Source of the DNA: Podarcis vaucheri
Taxonomy: Eukaryota
DNA length: 64,000 nucleotides
Assembly (NCBI GenBank): GCA_965113315.1
Contig: OZ220377.1
Direction: 5' to 3' (one strand)
Below the pieces are notes generated by a model. It ran no database searches. It worked only from the letters and a program-made list of their open reading frames with translations, and was not told the origin of the DNA. The stretch's first letter is position 1. Each line of letters begins with the position of its first letter. The position numbers were made by a program, and so were the translations under genes. Positions 13,830 to 27,610 of the stretch are shown piece after piece.

Positions 13830-15179
13830 TAAGTTGTCTGTCTTTTCGCTTCCGTTCCTCGTCACTGACACCGTGGGTAATAAATGAGATGACAGTAAAT
13901 GATAAACCCCATCATATATGGTTAAAGTTTCCCCTGCATTTGTCGTATTTAATCCTTGCTTCCCCCACTTCCCCCTTCTGAATGCCCAGGAGGGGAGGTG
14001 ATGTACCCTGCCAACCAGTGATGTATATTTGATTTGACACCCCAAAGCAAGGCACTTGCATGTACAACTGCCCATAGCAGGGACTATGTTCATGATCGGT
14101 AGCTGTCTCTGAATTTTTCAAAGTAGCTCTGTCTGTGAGCCATGCGCAAGTGTAACACGCACACACTTTAACATGCTCAGAATTGTCCATTCAAGTGCTT
14201 TCAAAACGGCGGCTGATCCAGGCATGGTCACTTTAAAGATCTTGCATGGTAAAGGCAACAAGGCCCATGGGACAATGACCCAGCTGCTTTGCAGGAAAAT
14301 CTGCCACTGGTTTCATCATAGCTGTCGCTGATGTATTGAGAATACCAGCTAATAAAAACACAGAAGGAGGTGAAGTGTGTCAAGTTGGAAACATGGGGGA
14401 GGAGGGGGCTGAGGAGACACAGGCACTAAATCTCATCTCTCTTTCTCTCTCCTTTCCACGCTGTAATTGTTTAAGGCTGTGTGCAGACGTAACACATTCA
14501 CAGCAGTTCTCCACATACCACTATAATGCCTCGAGCCTAACCACTCTCCATTTGATTCTGCTACTGTGGCTTGATAACTGTGCAAACATAATGAAAGAGT
14601 AAACACACAGCCTTGCTGCAGGTGGTTTTAAGGGTGCTGGGGGTAGGAAACAGGGTTGCTTCTTAAAGAAAAACAACCCAGCAGGTTAGCTTTCAACCTG
14701 GAGAGAGAGGATTTCTTCTGTATATCGAATCTGGTACCAAACCATCATGGTATGGTTTAGACAAATCTGTGACCGCCACATTCTGTACAGATGGTGGCGT
14801 TCCCGGGCTATCTTCAAGGGCAGCCCCCATATTACAGTAATCTATGAACCTTTCCTTATTCCCTTTGACACTTTATCTATAGTGCAATAAAGAGGGTCTA
14901 TCATATAGTATTCCCAGATTTTCGGGGGGGGGGGGACAACAATTGCATAAACATTTCTCTGTTGTTGCTTTGATTCCCGATGTCTTCCCTTCCGGAATTC
15001 CACTCCTGGTTCTCTTGCAGTGTCTGCATCAGGAAATGGCCTTTGTAATCACTTTGAGAAAGGGAAGTCTCTGCATCAACCAGGGTGGAGGAGGGCATAA
15101 AGCTATTTAAGCCTGTTCTACCCCTCCTTTGGCCTCTTCAGTTTCGAAACTCAGAGTGGATATAGCCAGTGTTCACTTA

Positions 15180-15428
15180 CAGTCGTACCTTGGATCCTGA
15201 ACGCCTTGAGAGTCGAACATTTTGGCTCCCGAACGCCACAATCCGGAAGTGAGTTTTCTGGTTTGCAAACATTCTTTGGAACCCAAACATCCAACATGGC
15301 TTACATAGCTTCCGATTGGCTGCAGGAGCTTCCTGCAGCAAATCAGAAGCCGCTCCTTGTTTTCCAAACATTTTGGAAGTTGAACGGACTTCCCGAACAG
15401 ATTCTGTTTGACTTCCAAGGTACGACTG
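15180..15428. mobile_element. Tc1/mariner (Tigger/pogo-like) MITE
   Basis: TIRs CAGTCGTACCTTGG...CCAAGGTACGACTG, flanked by TA on both sides; internal palindrome. Confidence 0.9.
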
Positions 15429-15861
15429 TATTTGTTTCATGCCGAGACAGAAATCAAACCACAAATATATATTCACTGTTGTTTTTGCTTTTTGCCCACA
15501 AATGATATGTATATAACTGATTTACATCTATTTGCATTGTGTTTCCTTTGCACTGAAATGAATGGGGTGGAATAACAACTTAATTTTTATAAGTTACCGT
15601 ACTTAATTTCACCACAGCAAATAACAAGGTGGATAATGTAGTTTTGGACAGACAGGAAATTTGCATTCCGTAAGATCCACGATACGGCTGCCTTATCTAT
15701 AAAAGCATTTTGTGCCGCAGCATCTTCTTCTGCACGCGCATGCGTTGTGTGGCTTGAGGACCTCTGGCACTCCCTTCCCCCAGATGCAATACTTCAGTGT
15801 CAAACTACTTCTAAACTTCCTCAGGCACAAGCCTTTATGGCAGACGCTACTATGGATGCTA

Positions 15862-16199
15862 GGGAAAAAACCTCAGCGCCTAGGACTTGCCAGTCGCATG
15901 GTCAGCAGTTCGAATCCCCGCCGCAGGGTACGCTCCTGTTGCTCGGTCCCAACGCCTGCCAACCTAGCAGTTCGAAAGCACCCCCGGGTGCAAGTAGATA
16001 AATAGGGACCGCTTACTAGCGGGAAGGTAAATGGTGTTTCCATGTGCGGCTCTGGCTCGCCAGAGCAGCTTCGTCACGCTGGCCACGTGACCCGGAAGTG
16101 TCTGCGGACAGCGCTGGCTCCTGGCCTCTAGAGTGAGATGAGCGCACAACCCTAGAGTCTGTCAAGACTGGTCCGTACGGGCAGGGGTACCTTTACCTT
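15862..16199 (+). mobile_element. Sauria SINE (Squam1) with 14-bp TSD
   Basis: B-box gttcgaatccc, core gcaagtagataaatagg, (ACCTTT)n tail. TSD tactatggatgcta at 15848-15861 and 16200-16213. Confidence 0.93.
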
Positions 16200-16572
16200 T
16201 ACTATGGATGCTATGCAATTTCCAACCAGGGCTGTGTCCTCTCAAGCAGCGGAATGGAAACAGCGCTGCATGTGACAAATACAAGGATGAATGGAAAATG
16301 TTGTCTCCCTGACCCTCAGATACCTTTAAGAGTATAATTTCACAACTGGCCTTCAGAGCTGTGGTGCTTGTTGTCAGGGGCCTTTTGGGGGCCAACCTGT
16401 AGCATACACCTAGAGTTATGGGGCCTTGGAAGGGAGGAAGACAGGAAGGTTTCCCTACTCACCTGAAAAGATGAGGCTTCAATGAGGGGGTAGATGAAAT
16501 ACTACCCCTCAGCCCTGGCAGCATTGGCTCAACTGCCATTGGTTGTGAGCAGTTAGGATCTCTTACTATGGT

Positions 16573-16957
16573 TCCCAACTGCAGGTCTTTTGTGTGAAAA
16601 TGAATAAATATGACCCAGATCCCCCTGTCTTGTGTCTTGCCTTCTTATTTACCACTATAGTTGCAGACACTTCGGTTGCAGCCCATGTGTGCCAAGCACT
16701 GAAAATACAATGTTCTACTGATTTGAAAAAATTCACTTTTAACCTTGAATGTTGCATCTGTTGTAACATTTTGTCACCACCAGCCCCCAGTAAAGTTGCA
16801 TGCATAGTATGGGTACCTTTGATTTATTAAAGTTTGAGGCTCAGAACTTGGATTGAAATCTGAAGAGGAATTAGTTAAGGCTTTGTGTACACATGGAGTG
16901 AAATGAGGGGGTAAAATCTGGAGGTGGTAGAATAGATTGTACAATTCCTCAGCACAG
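16573..16957 (-). repeat. Arm B of a long inverted repeat (partner at 11230-11615)
   Basis: As for arm A. ORFs 11384..11596(-) and 16594..16830(+) give similar translations (LFTTMVTDSSIAVHVFPALKMQC / LFTTIVADTSVAAHVCQALKIQC). Confidence 0.92.
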
Positions 16958-18825
16958 CTGCATTGGACTTAATAGTCTTATGAGGCCACCACTTTCAGTT
17001 TAAATGTGTGTTACTTTACTTCAAAATGTGTTAAATCATTTCTGCTACATTGAGGATCTGCTTGCTTCTTCTTCTGGGTGGGGCTCTTGACTATAGCTTC
17101 AAAACCCGTCCTCACAACATAACTGGTACCATTTTAGATTGCAAGGGGAAATCGATCTTTAAGTGCTTCTTGTTTAATTCTCTCCTTGTGAGAGAATTTT
17201 AAAAATGTGATGGTGAATATGGTATTTTTTCTTTCTGCATTTTTTCTGTACTCTTTCAGTATTTTTTTCTGAGCTCCTTCCACTGCTACTCATTATGCAC
17301 TGTAGATGCCCAGAGATTCCTGGATCCCACATTAAAACTCTATATGGTCTATTAAAGAATGCAAAAAAAATACTAAAACTTATCCTCTTCTGAAGGGTTT
17401 CACACAGATGCCGATAAGAGTTCCATTCAAGTGTTTTTAGTGTGAAGATCATCTCAAAATATCAGTAAAGTTTTTGCAGCCCCCAAAATGCATGCTCTTT
17501 TATCTTTCATCCAACTTCTTCCATATGCCCTATATCAGCAAAAGATAATTAAAGTGCCAGAGATTACGATTTAGGTTACAACGGACACTTGTCAATCCTA
17601 AAAATGTAAGACCATCTCAGATTTGTTAAAACACGATACAGGCGTTGTACATGCAGAATGAAGGAATAAAGGGGAGGTGTTTCTTCAAACTCTTGATTTA
17701 ATTAAGTTTTAGAAACAGAAAAGTAGGTGAGGGGAACAAAAACATCTGAGTGAATTTTATCTCTATGCTAGATCATGTACAGGTTATAGAAGGGTCATAT
17801 ATATGTGGTAGGGTGCTCATGTAACCTTGTATAGTATTAGAAACGCTGTCAGAAGGGAACCCTCTATTTGAAGGTAACTGATGTAGATATGGCACAAGGC
17901 TTTTTAGGTGCCAGTACATGTCCAGGGAGAAAATCAGTTCACATTTAAAGGTAACCCTACCTCATTTGCACTTTCCCAAACAGTACATGAACTGGAGCAC
18001 GGCCGTCCTTCTAAACTCACCCATCTTGGAATTTTGCAATGCTGTTCTCCAGCCAGAGTCCTTCTGTGTTGTAGCTTTACCATGAGATGTGATCAGTGAT
18101 GTGACCTTGTTTTGTGGAAACCTCCTGCCCTTTTTCTAACAAGGCATTGTTTCATCAAATTAATTGGAAATATTACGAATGCATTGAGACTGAATGATAA
18201 AAAGACTAGTTGACTATTTCTAGGTTGCGTCTTTCAGAATAGGATGTATAATTTCCTGGTTGTATCCAACAAAGTTCTACACAAAGTAGACCCCCTGAAA
18301 TCTATGGACATGACCTATACTTGAATGACTTGTGTCCCCTTAATGAATCTTACAAATTCACACTCACTGTAATTACACAAGCATTTGTAGATTGAGGCAC
18401 ACTGGGATGAATGGTTCCCCGAATTCATTGATTTATTACAATATTATGCATGAGTAGCTCCTCCAGATGGATCTAGCTTATCTGAATGGACACTTCCTTG
18501 CATATGTGGGATGGTTGGAACAGAATGGGACAGTCTGCCCACTCCAGAGGTCTGTATGTACAGCAACACACATATATGGCCCAGGAGCAAATCTTGTAGA
18601 TATTTTCCTCCTTCATGGCTCTAATTTGGGAGGGGTGAGGGGCAAAATACATTTCCTGCAAGTTGTTAAATTAATCTAGTTCTGATCCTCTAAACTGCTT
18701 AGGCACATTTGAAAGCTCTGTGGAGATAGATTTTTCTGAGATTTTTAAGACTGAATACATCTTCTCAGTGTATTCAGCTCCTCTCTGGCCATGTTTCACA
18801 GCAGCGAAAGTTGCATTCTGTTATA

Positions 18826-19046
18826 CAGTTGTACCTCAGAAGTAGAACGGAATCCGTTCTGGAAGTCTGTTCGACTTCCAAAACATTCAGAAACCAAGGA
18901 GCAGCTTCCGATTGGCTGCAGGAAGCCACGTTGGACGTTTGGGTTCCAAAGAACGTTTGCAAACTGGAACACTCACTTCCGGGTTTGCGGCGTTTGGGAG
19001 CCAAAACGTTCGACTCCCAAGGCATTCGTCAACCAAGGTACGACTG
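18826..19046. mobile_element. Tc1/mariner (Tigger-like) MITE, same family as 15180-15428, opposite orientation
   Basis: CAGTTGTACCTC...CCAAGGTACGACTG, TA flanks. Confidence 0.9.
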
Positions 19047-22000
19047 TATTCTCTTACTACAGACTTAATAATCTGGAATGAATATCACAAACCCTTTAGA
19101 GTGTTCTCACTGTCACTTGATTCAACATTATAGATACATATATTAAAAAGTTTCCTTCACCCATTTATTCACACAAATTGGCTGAAGAGACAGAATCTTC
19201 CCATTCTTTCCTGCACGGTCACTTTCGAAACACGTAGTGCTTTCACAACACCCACACTGTAGTTTATGTATATATTATTCTAGCAAGGAGCTCACTATGG
19301 CACACCTGATGTCTTCCTCTGAGGTAAGTTAGTCTGAGAAACTGTGACTGACACAGCTATGCCATTGGCAGCAGCATGAGTTTAGCCAGGAGCTCCGAAT
19401 CAAGAACTGTGGGATACTTCTATAGGACAAGCCAGATGACAAGGCTGAGGAAGCAAGCTAAAGGTCTAGCTCATAGGGCAACCAGAAGGCAGAAACAAGG
19501 AATGAGCTAGGACTGTGTTAGAGTCGTTGCAAGTGGAATCCCTGATCTGGACCTTGTGTAGAGTAGAAATGAATTTGCTCTTCACCGCAAGGATGAGTTT
19601 CAAAGATTTACTGGGAAACGGTTACAAATAAATGTTACATAATACAAAGTCACACATTGCTCTTAAGCAATGTCATTCCATATTCTTTTTAGTCCTTAAT
19701 AAAGTTCAATAAACTTCTCTCTCTCTGTTCCCAGAGAGAGATCCTGAGTAACATACTTGTATCATCATCACAGAGCTTTTGCTTCTGCTACTGCTGCAAC
19801 TGACTTTTCAGGATTCATCTCCTCCTGTTAAAGATCTCTAGGATTCCAGTGATGAGTCATAAATTATTTCATAGCATTTTAAATGCAATGCATTCAAATC
19901 TTATCATTTTATGCATGTAAAACTTTTCTATGTTTATCAAACTGTCTGTCCTTACACTCTTCACCGGCAGCGTTGGCACCATCAGGCTTTTGCTGAGGTC
20001 CACAGCCCAGAAAGGGGACTCACTACTAACCTCCTAAGCCTCCTGCTCCTGCCACTTTTCTTTGTCAAGAGAGAGCAGTGACAGAAGCAAGGAGAAATAT
20101 CACTTTCAGTGATTAGGCAGTATTAACAATGAGTTAATCCCTGTTAACTAAATTGGTGCACACTCACAAAGACAAATTCATTAGTCAATTTATCTCTTCC
20201 TTTCACACTGGAACCCCAATGGATAACTTCGGGAAGCTTGTCTGAATGGAAAGAGAGAGCAGAATGGAAGGCTGCTGTGACTTGTTTTTCTTCTTCCCAT
20301 GTTGAAAATAACAATAATAAATATTAAAAATTTAATAGCATAGCAACTTTTGCCAAAATAGAAAAATATGTTAGTGTAACTGAGCAGTTATAAGGGAAAG
20401 TACATCATGAATTTCGTATTATTTCCAGATGTCCAGTGCTATAAAGGATCCCCACCCCTCTATTGGAACCATAACAGGATTCCACCCCCACCATTTCACT
20501 GAGGGATGAGATAGGCTGCACAAATTCTGGACACTCATTGGGAACACAAACCTCAGAACAATTCTAGCAGAAGAATATCCTTGGAGTACATTCATGACAC
20601 CATTATATTTCAATTAGTGCTGGTTCTCACAGTGGCCCTCACTAATAGCAAACTCAGGTGCCTGTGTGGCAGTCAGTCTTGGAGCAAATAAATGAGTGAT
20701 TCCTACATGCTTTGCAGAAAGAAGAAGAAATTTTAAGGACCAAAACAGACACCTGTGAGGTCCCATTATTTAGAGAATAATCTTGGCGATTAACTCTAGA
20801 GAGAGAGAAGCAACTATAGCCTCTTAGACCCTGATCACCTGATTACAACCTCATTCTGCTGCATGCATAGACTTATTTTAATCTTAAAACCAGCAAGTAA
20901 TGAACAGGTAAGTGTGAACAGATAAGTTGTAATGAGATATGCACTCTTGGATGCAACTGTAAAGTGCAAGTGAGAGAGAGAGAGAGAATACATGAGCAAA
21001 GGTGAAGGCAGATCCACTCAGCCACTGTATTAAGTGTATATTTACAACATAAGAATGAAATTCATGCCCCCAGTGTTTAATCTTGGCTGGCAAAAGCGAA
21101 CCCAAACTAGAAAAGTGTCTTTCAGGAAGGCCTTAGCCTGACTTCTTGCTTAGCTTTACAAGCGATACTTGCCTATGGTGCTCAACAGTTATACTAACAG
21201 ACCTAGATCTCCAGGGATGTCAGCCCAATGCCTTTCACCAGCCTTAAATACCCCTAAAGAAAACAAAAGCATGTCATGTTTTATGATAATGGGTGAACAA
21301 GTGGTATTGATGGATATGCCATCAGGAGGGCATTGGCAAAAGAAGGGAGGGGCAAAGCACCTAAATGGTTAACAAGATAATGGTAAGAAATATTGACCTT
21401 GATTTGTTTAGCTAAGATGTAAAGATTTCTGAAGGTCAAAGGTTTTCTTGTGTAGTGTTTTGGAGTCTAACTGTGCCTGACCCTCTAACATTAAGTTGCT
21501 GCGGCCTGCAGTTTTGAAGAGTGAAGCGAACGAGGGGGGAAAGGAGAAGGGGGAGAGAACAGGAAATGGAGTGAGGTGTTTCAGGAAGTTGTCAGGAGTT
21601 GACTGATTGATTCCAGATGGAAAGGGTCACCCTCCATGACCCAGGAAACGCTCACTGGGGGAAAGCTGTTGGCTGGTGAAAGGGGGAGGGCCTGGGAGCT
21701 GGAGACTAGAGAGGAATGTCCGCTTCCTTTTTTAAAAAAACACAAAACAAAACACAAAAATCATGGACTTTTAACTCTTCAGTATAAAACATGCTTGGCA
21801 GTGGTCTATTTTCGGCATGAGATTTGAGTGGATCTATGTCTCGATTAAAGAACAATTTCTTATCCATAATGCTAAGCAGCTTTTCGTTGGTAAAATATGT
21901 TGTTGTGGTGGTTCCAATAATCCCAAGGTAGAATACGATAAAACAACTCAATACAAAACAGCAATTCAAAACGAATTAAATATACAATAAAACCAACGTA

Positions 22001-22709
22001 TCATTATTAAAGTAGTCGGGAATCATTCAGCTGGTATCAGGAGTCACTGAAGCTACAGTAGGTATATTTTAAAGTAGATGAATGATTCATGGTGAAGGAA
22101 AAGCTTGGGTAGAACATGATGAAGATTCATCTCGTACTCTCTCTAGCCCTGTGCCAGAAAATGTCTTCTGCATTTCCCCCCTGACCATTCTCCATTAACT
22201 AATGAAAAAAAGAAATTTCACCTGAAAATTATCAAAGGGGAGATAAAAAGTTGGTGAAATTCTCATGGGATGCAAGTGGCCAAGGGGTCATTGTGAGTGT
22301 CTCGTCTTTCATTCTGTAAAGCATCCCACCAGTGGTCTGCTCTCTGCAGCCTTCTTGGGAGTCTGCACTTCAACCAAACCCAGCAAAGGCATCGTGATGT
22401 AACTTATTCCATGGGGTGGAATGGAAAGTGAGGGCAACCGAAAAGGCTGTAGAGTGCTGGAGAAATTTCTGATGGAAAGAAAAACACATACACTACCCTT
22501 GGCCACCTGTCAGAGAACAGGTTTATGCCACACTGAAGACCAACCAAAATTCCAATGAAGTTCTAAAGTGCCCGTGAGGTACATAAATGGAAGCCTCTTT
22601 CACAGAGGAAGAAAACTTTTGAGAAACCAGAAGACAGATCTTGGCACAGCACTAGTTTGCCCCTAGTATCCAACAATTAGAGGTACACTCAGAGTTGACC
22701 CATCCATGA

Positions 22710-23022
22710 AACAAGGTGAGGGACCACCTCAAGCGGCAGGATCCACAGGGCCAGCAGATCTGGCCTCCAAGGAATACATCGCCCACTGCTGCTGCTGCGG
22801 TGGCAGCAGCAACAGCTAAGGCTGTTGGAGGCTGCATCTGCCTACTCCTTGCCAGCATTCTTGGTGACTAGGAGGTGCTGCTGGTCTCCTCCCACCCTTC
22901 TTCCTGATGTAGATCTTTATTCCCCTTTTGTTCTTCACTCACCCTTCTTCCCTGGTCCTGGGGGGGCATGTTGCCATTTTGTGGTTCACCTCAGGTGCCA
23001 AAATGCCTTGGGTCGGCCCTAG
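22710..23022. mobile_element. GC-rich non-autonomous DNA transposon remnant
   Basis: The end cacctcaggtgccaaaatgccttgggtcggccct is the inverse of the ggctggcccaggacattttgctgcctgagg motif at ~37645. Confidence 0.45.
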
Positions 23023-25137
23023 GTGCAGTTCCTCTAATCAGAGGCATACTGGCTCTGAGTGTGGATGTTCCATACTTAGTGATCACTTGGGATGTGCAAC
23101 AAAATATTGCAATGTAGAGCGCTGTTTTTTCAAGATTCCAATCAGCCATGCCATGTTACAGAATACTCCATTTCCTTCTAGTTGCCCAAACTACAAGAAG
23201 CAAAGGCTGGAATCTGTTTTGTTATTTTTGTTGCAATACACAGCATATTTGTGTACTGTTCTGGTGGACACACATACTATGAGCTGTGAATGTCATATGG
23301 TAATAATGGCTGTAACGGTAACAAACATGTTAGAACCAACATATGCCAAGGACTGCTGATTTGGCAGTTTGAAAGGTATGTTTGTTAAACATTTCCCTTG
23401 CTGTCCTAGAGTACTACTGCCAAGGTTTGAGAGTGCAGATATGGAATATACACAGTTAGGTGTACCTGGGCTGTTCACATATATGTATATTTGGGCCTAG
23501 TGCATAGGGTTGTATCCAGTATATTGCTAAGGAACCCATCATGGTAGCACACTTCTCCCCTCCCCCACGCTACCCCAGATCTCTTCTGGATCTCCTCCAC
23601 ACCCTCTGGAGCAGATTTGGGAAGGGTCCTGGGTTTCATGGGCAGGAGGAGAAGCGGATAAATTTCTGCTGCACAAGCATAACTTGTGCTAGTAAAAGAG
23701 TGCTTTGGATACCGTCCATAGTATGTAAGAGATTGCAAAAATGTGAATTAATTTACTAGATTATTCTGTGTAGGTGTGGGGTAAGAGAAACTCCCCAGCC
23801 CCCTAAATCCAAGACAATTGGGATAATGTTGAAATAAATTATAATGCATAGTAAATGAATAGATCTATTAACGTCAGGGAGATGATGCTTAGTATTATTT
23901 ACCATTTTATTATTTATACTTGTTTTTAAATTTTGTGGATTTTATCTGTATTTTTGGCGACTATTTTATGCTAATTTATGGAAACTGCTGAGAGATTTTT
24001 CTTTTTTTGTCATGGTGGTGGGAAACACACCCACAGAAGATCAAAAAAATGGACCATTCCTAGTTTGGCACTGAGATATTGGGTGAGAACCAAGCTGGGG
24101 AGGGAAGAGCTCAAAGGATCCAAGCCTGCAATAAGGCAGTGGGGCAGTCAAGTTTCCTCCTCCACATGCAGTTTTTGTTGTAAAAAATAATATATTTCCT
24201 CACCTTACTTTAAATAAAAAATGAGGCAGAACCATGAGAAAACAAACATGGCTGCCACATCACATCTTCTCTGGCCCCAAATCTCCCACTACATGATTGT
24301 TTTTGATACCTTCTGCCACTGCTACCTCCAGTCATATTAAATTAAGCACACACACACACACACACACATATATGTAAAAATATGCTAGAATGATCTGTGG
24401 TCGACTGTATGCTTCCGGTGTATATATAAGTTTATACCTCTATCCCATTGGGTGTGTATAATATATAGTCTCTGCTTGTGCATGGTTGGAATTGTGTGTG
24501 TGTGTTATGTATGTGCAATAATATACGTTTTGATTTACATTTGGTTACAATTTAAAATCTTCTCGTAAATATTTCAGACACTGGAATAATTCAGCCTTAT
24601 TCCCTTGCCACTGAAGTGTGGTCTGGGCTGGCCAGCAAGAGATTAAAATTTATTTCCATTGTTTAAGAGAAAATAATGAAGTGCATCTGACTGGGCTCTC
24701 TTATGTCACAGGGGAAATGTTCACTTTGGAGCAGAGTCCCAGCTCCACCCAAATGCACAATGATGAAATCTATTGGCACATGAAAGCAACACATTTTGTG
24801 GCGGGAATGCGAGTACAGCATTAATGCGCAGTATGACAGGCACCTTTTGGAATGAATTAAGTTCATCTTGAGAAGACAAAGCATTCTTTCAGTCAGCATA
24901 AGATTCTCCCAGAGAGCAGGTTTCCCTTCTGTGGGCCAAGAACAGTTTTGTCAGCTGTTAAAGCCAGAAATTCTCTTTCTGAAAGTGGGACACACAGGTT
25001 TGAGAATATTCCCACACAGGGTTAGCTTTTTATTCTTTAATGAATTCATATTGGCCTATGGAATATGGGTGCTTCAAAAATTCTCCTCTGAATTTCTCTG
25101 TGGATTTTTGAGGTCTGGAGTATCTTGCCTTCCTTCT

Positions 25138-25759
25138 CTTCCCCCCTTTCTTTTTTCATAAATTATTATTATTATTATTAAAGATTTTCTTGATTTGCAA
25201 AAGTGTATGCAATGTCTCTTGTATATTTCCCCCCCCCATGTAACATTTTTACAAATCAGTTTCATTTGTTGAGACATTGGGAAGAAAAGGGGGAAAGGGG
25301 GGAGATGGGGGGTCAGGTGGTGATGTTTCTATTTTACTTACTATATGTAGGGTTTGGTGTCAGCGTTGCTTGTGCAGGTTCTTTGCTGTTCACTTGTGTT
25401 CCTTTGGTGGTGAGAGAGCTTGGGGTTGGCCGAGGGTGTGGTTATTCATTTGTGGTTGGATGTGGTGGTCTTTGTTTTCATTTGTGTGGGGGTGGGGGTG
25501 GGGGGTGTTTTGGATCAGGTTAGCCATACTGATTTGTATGCCGTTGGTGGATTTTTGTCATTGTCTTGTTGGGCTGTGTATGTGATAAAAGGGAGCCATA
25601 CCGGGGTGAAGGCGTCTTCTTCTATTTGTCCCCATGTCAGTTTCAGTTTATTGGTTAATTTTTCTAGTAGGGCTGTTTCCCATACTATCTGGTACCATTG
25701 GTCCATGCTTACTCCTGACAGGTTTCTCCAGTGTCTGGCTATGATGCTTCTGGCTGCTG
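25138..25759 (-). mobile_element. 5'-truncated L1-clade LINE (ORF2 C-terminus, 3'UTR, (TAA)n tail) with 15-bp TSD
   Basis: Minus strand TAARSIIARHWRNLSGVSMDQWYQIVWETALLEKLT...FTPVWLPF, typical of L1/Tx1 ORF2 ends. TSD tcttgYcttccttct at 25123-25137 and 25760-25774. Confidence 0.85.
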
Positions 25760-25842
25760 TCTTGTCTTCCTTCTAAAGTTAACTGATGCACTGGCCAAAC
25801 TCCATTATTTAAAATTGTAAATAAATTTTAAAATTTTGTACT

Positions 25843-26220
25843 AAGAGGAACCCTACTGGATCAGGCCAAGGGTCTATCTAGTTCAGCAATCCATTTATAC
25901 ACTGGCTAATGAGATGCCCATGAGAACCTAAGCATGAAGCCCCCTCCCTACTTTCAGTTCCCAGAGACTGATGTTCAGAAGCATACTGCCTCCCGCAATC
26001 AAGGAAGAATGTAGCTATCATGGTTAGTAGCCAGTGACAGCCTTCTCCTTCTCCGTGAATTTGTCTAATCCTCTTTTAAAGCCATCCAGATTGGTGGCCA
26101 TCACTACAACTTGTGGGAGCCAATCCCACAGTTTAACCATTCACTGTGTGAAGAAGTACTTTATCTGTCCTGAATCTTCCAACATTCAGCTTCACTGGAT
26201 GTCCCTGAATTCTAGTATAA
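25843..26220 (-). mobile_element. CR1 LINE 3' end
   Basis: ctggatcaggccaagggtctatctagttcagc ... aatcctcttttaaagccatcc, the reverse of a squamate CR1 3' region. Confidence 0.75.
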
Positions 26221-26349
26221 TTAGTTTTGACTTTTTAATCTTAATCCTTCAGGGGAACTCTTGGGGCATTAAGGCCAATGCCAGTCTGGGCTCCATTGGG
26301 AATAAGGGCAGAAAATAAATTTAATTAATAAAATAAATAAAAATAGTGG

Positions 26350-26523
26350 GTGATAATAGAAAAAGCTCTAGGCTGTACTGACAAATAAAAAATGAACAAA
26401 CCACCAGGTCCAGATGGCATTAAAGAAGTTCTTAACCCAAATGTGAAATTGGTGATTTTCTTACAAAAAAAGTAAGTTAAATATCCATACCTTAAGATTA
26501 ATACCCATACCTGACCAATAACA

Positions 26524-26567
<44 letters not shown>

Positions 26568-27610
26568 GGAATTGAGGTGAGACATTACAGGCCAGTTAGT
26601 TTAATATCTTTCTGATAAAACTGGTGAAAAGCTTTGTCAAAGATAGAATTACCAAACATATAGAAGAATAAGTCTTGCCAGCATAGCTTCCTCAACTCCC
26701 ATCTAACTAACCTTTAGTGTTCTGAGTGGGTAAGTAAGCAGATGGATAGACATTGTGTACTTGGACTTCTGAAAATGTCCCTGAGTAAGATGAACAGTCA
26801 TGGGGCATGAGAATTGGTTCTCATAGGCTCAGTAACAGGAGGAAGAGAGCAGAGATAAATGGAGAGTTTTGACAGTGGAGGGATGTAGTGGAATCTGTCC
26901 AAGACTGTCATTGGGATCTCTGTGTTTTAATTTGTTCATAAATAATTGGGCTGAACGGTGAGCTGGGATTGAGAGGAACCCCAAAGAACCTCTCAAAACT
27001 GAGTGAATTGAATTAAAATGAGAAATATGATTCCAATCTAAACAAGTGAGGCAAAAAATTCTAATTTCACACTCACACTGATGGTGTCTGAACTAGTGGC
27101 GACTGACCAGGAAAGAGAAGTCATGATAATTCAGTGAAAATGTTGACCCAGTGTGTGGCAGCTGTGAAAAGGGTCAAGTCCATGTTACAAAAGGATTTGA
27201 AAACAAGGCTGCCGATATCACGATAGCATTCTAGCAATCTATGGTGTGACCACATTAGGGATACTGTGTGCAGTGGTAGCCACTGCATCCCCAAAAAGAT
27301 ATTGTAGAGGTGGAAATGGTTCAGGAAAGGGCAACCAATATGATCCTGGGGGAGACATAACTCCTGTTTTATGCCACAAGATGTAGTGATGCCCACCACC
27401 TTAAAAGAGGTTTGGACAAATACATGGAAAACAAGGCTATCAATGCCTTGTAACTCCAGTGACTATGCTCCTCCTTCAGCAACAGAAGTAGTATGCTGAG
27501 GAGCACAAGTGGGAAAGCACTGTTGTGCTAATGTCTTGCTTCCAGGATTCCCATAAGCATCTAGTGAGAACGGAGTGCTGGACTAAATGAGCCTTTGGTC
27601 TGATCCACCA
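26350..27610 (+). mobile_element. Degraded CR1 LINE (RT region to 3' end) with an internal (TAT)n
   Basis: ccaggtccagatggcatt (PGPDGI), tacaggccagttagttta (YRPVSL), gacattgtgtacttggacttc (DIVYLDF); 3' end gctggactaaatg...tggtctgatcca. Confidence 0.8.

Noticed and set aside
16566-16830. ORFs in the inverted-repeat arms as a duplicated gene
   Set aside because: The frame is not preserved between the arms (1-nt indel and stops). The similar translations simply reflect DNA similarity.
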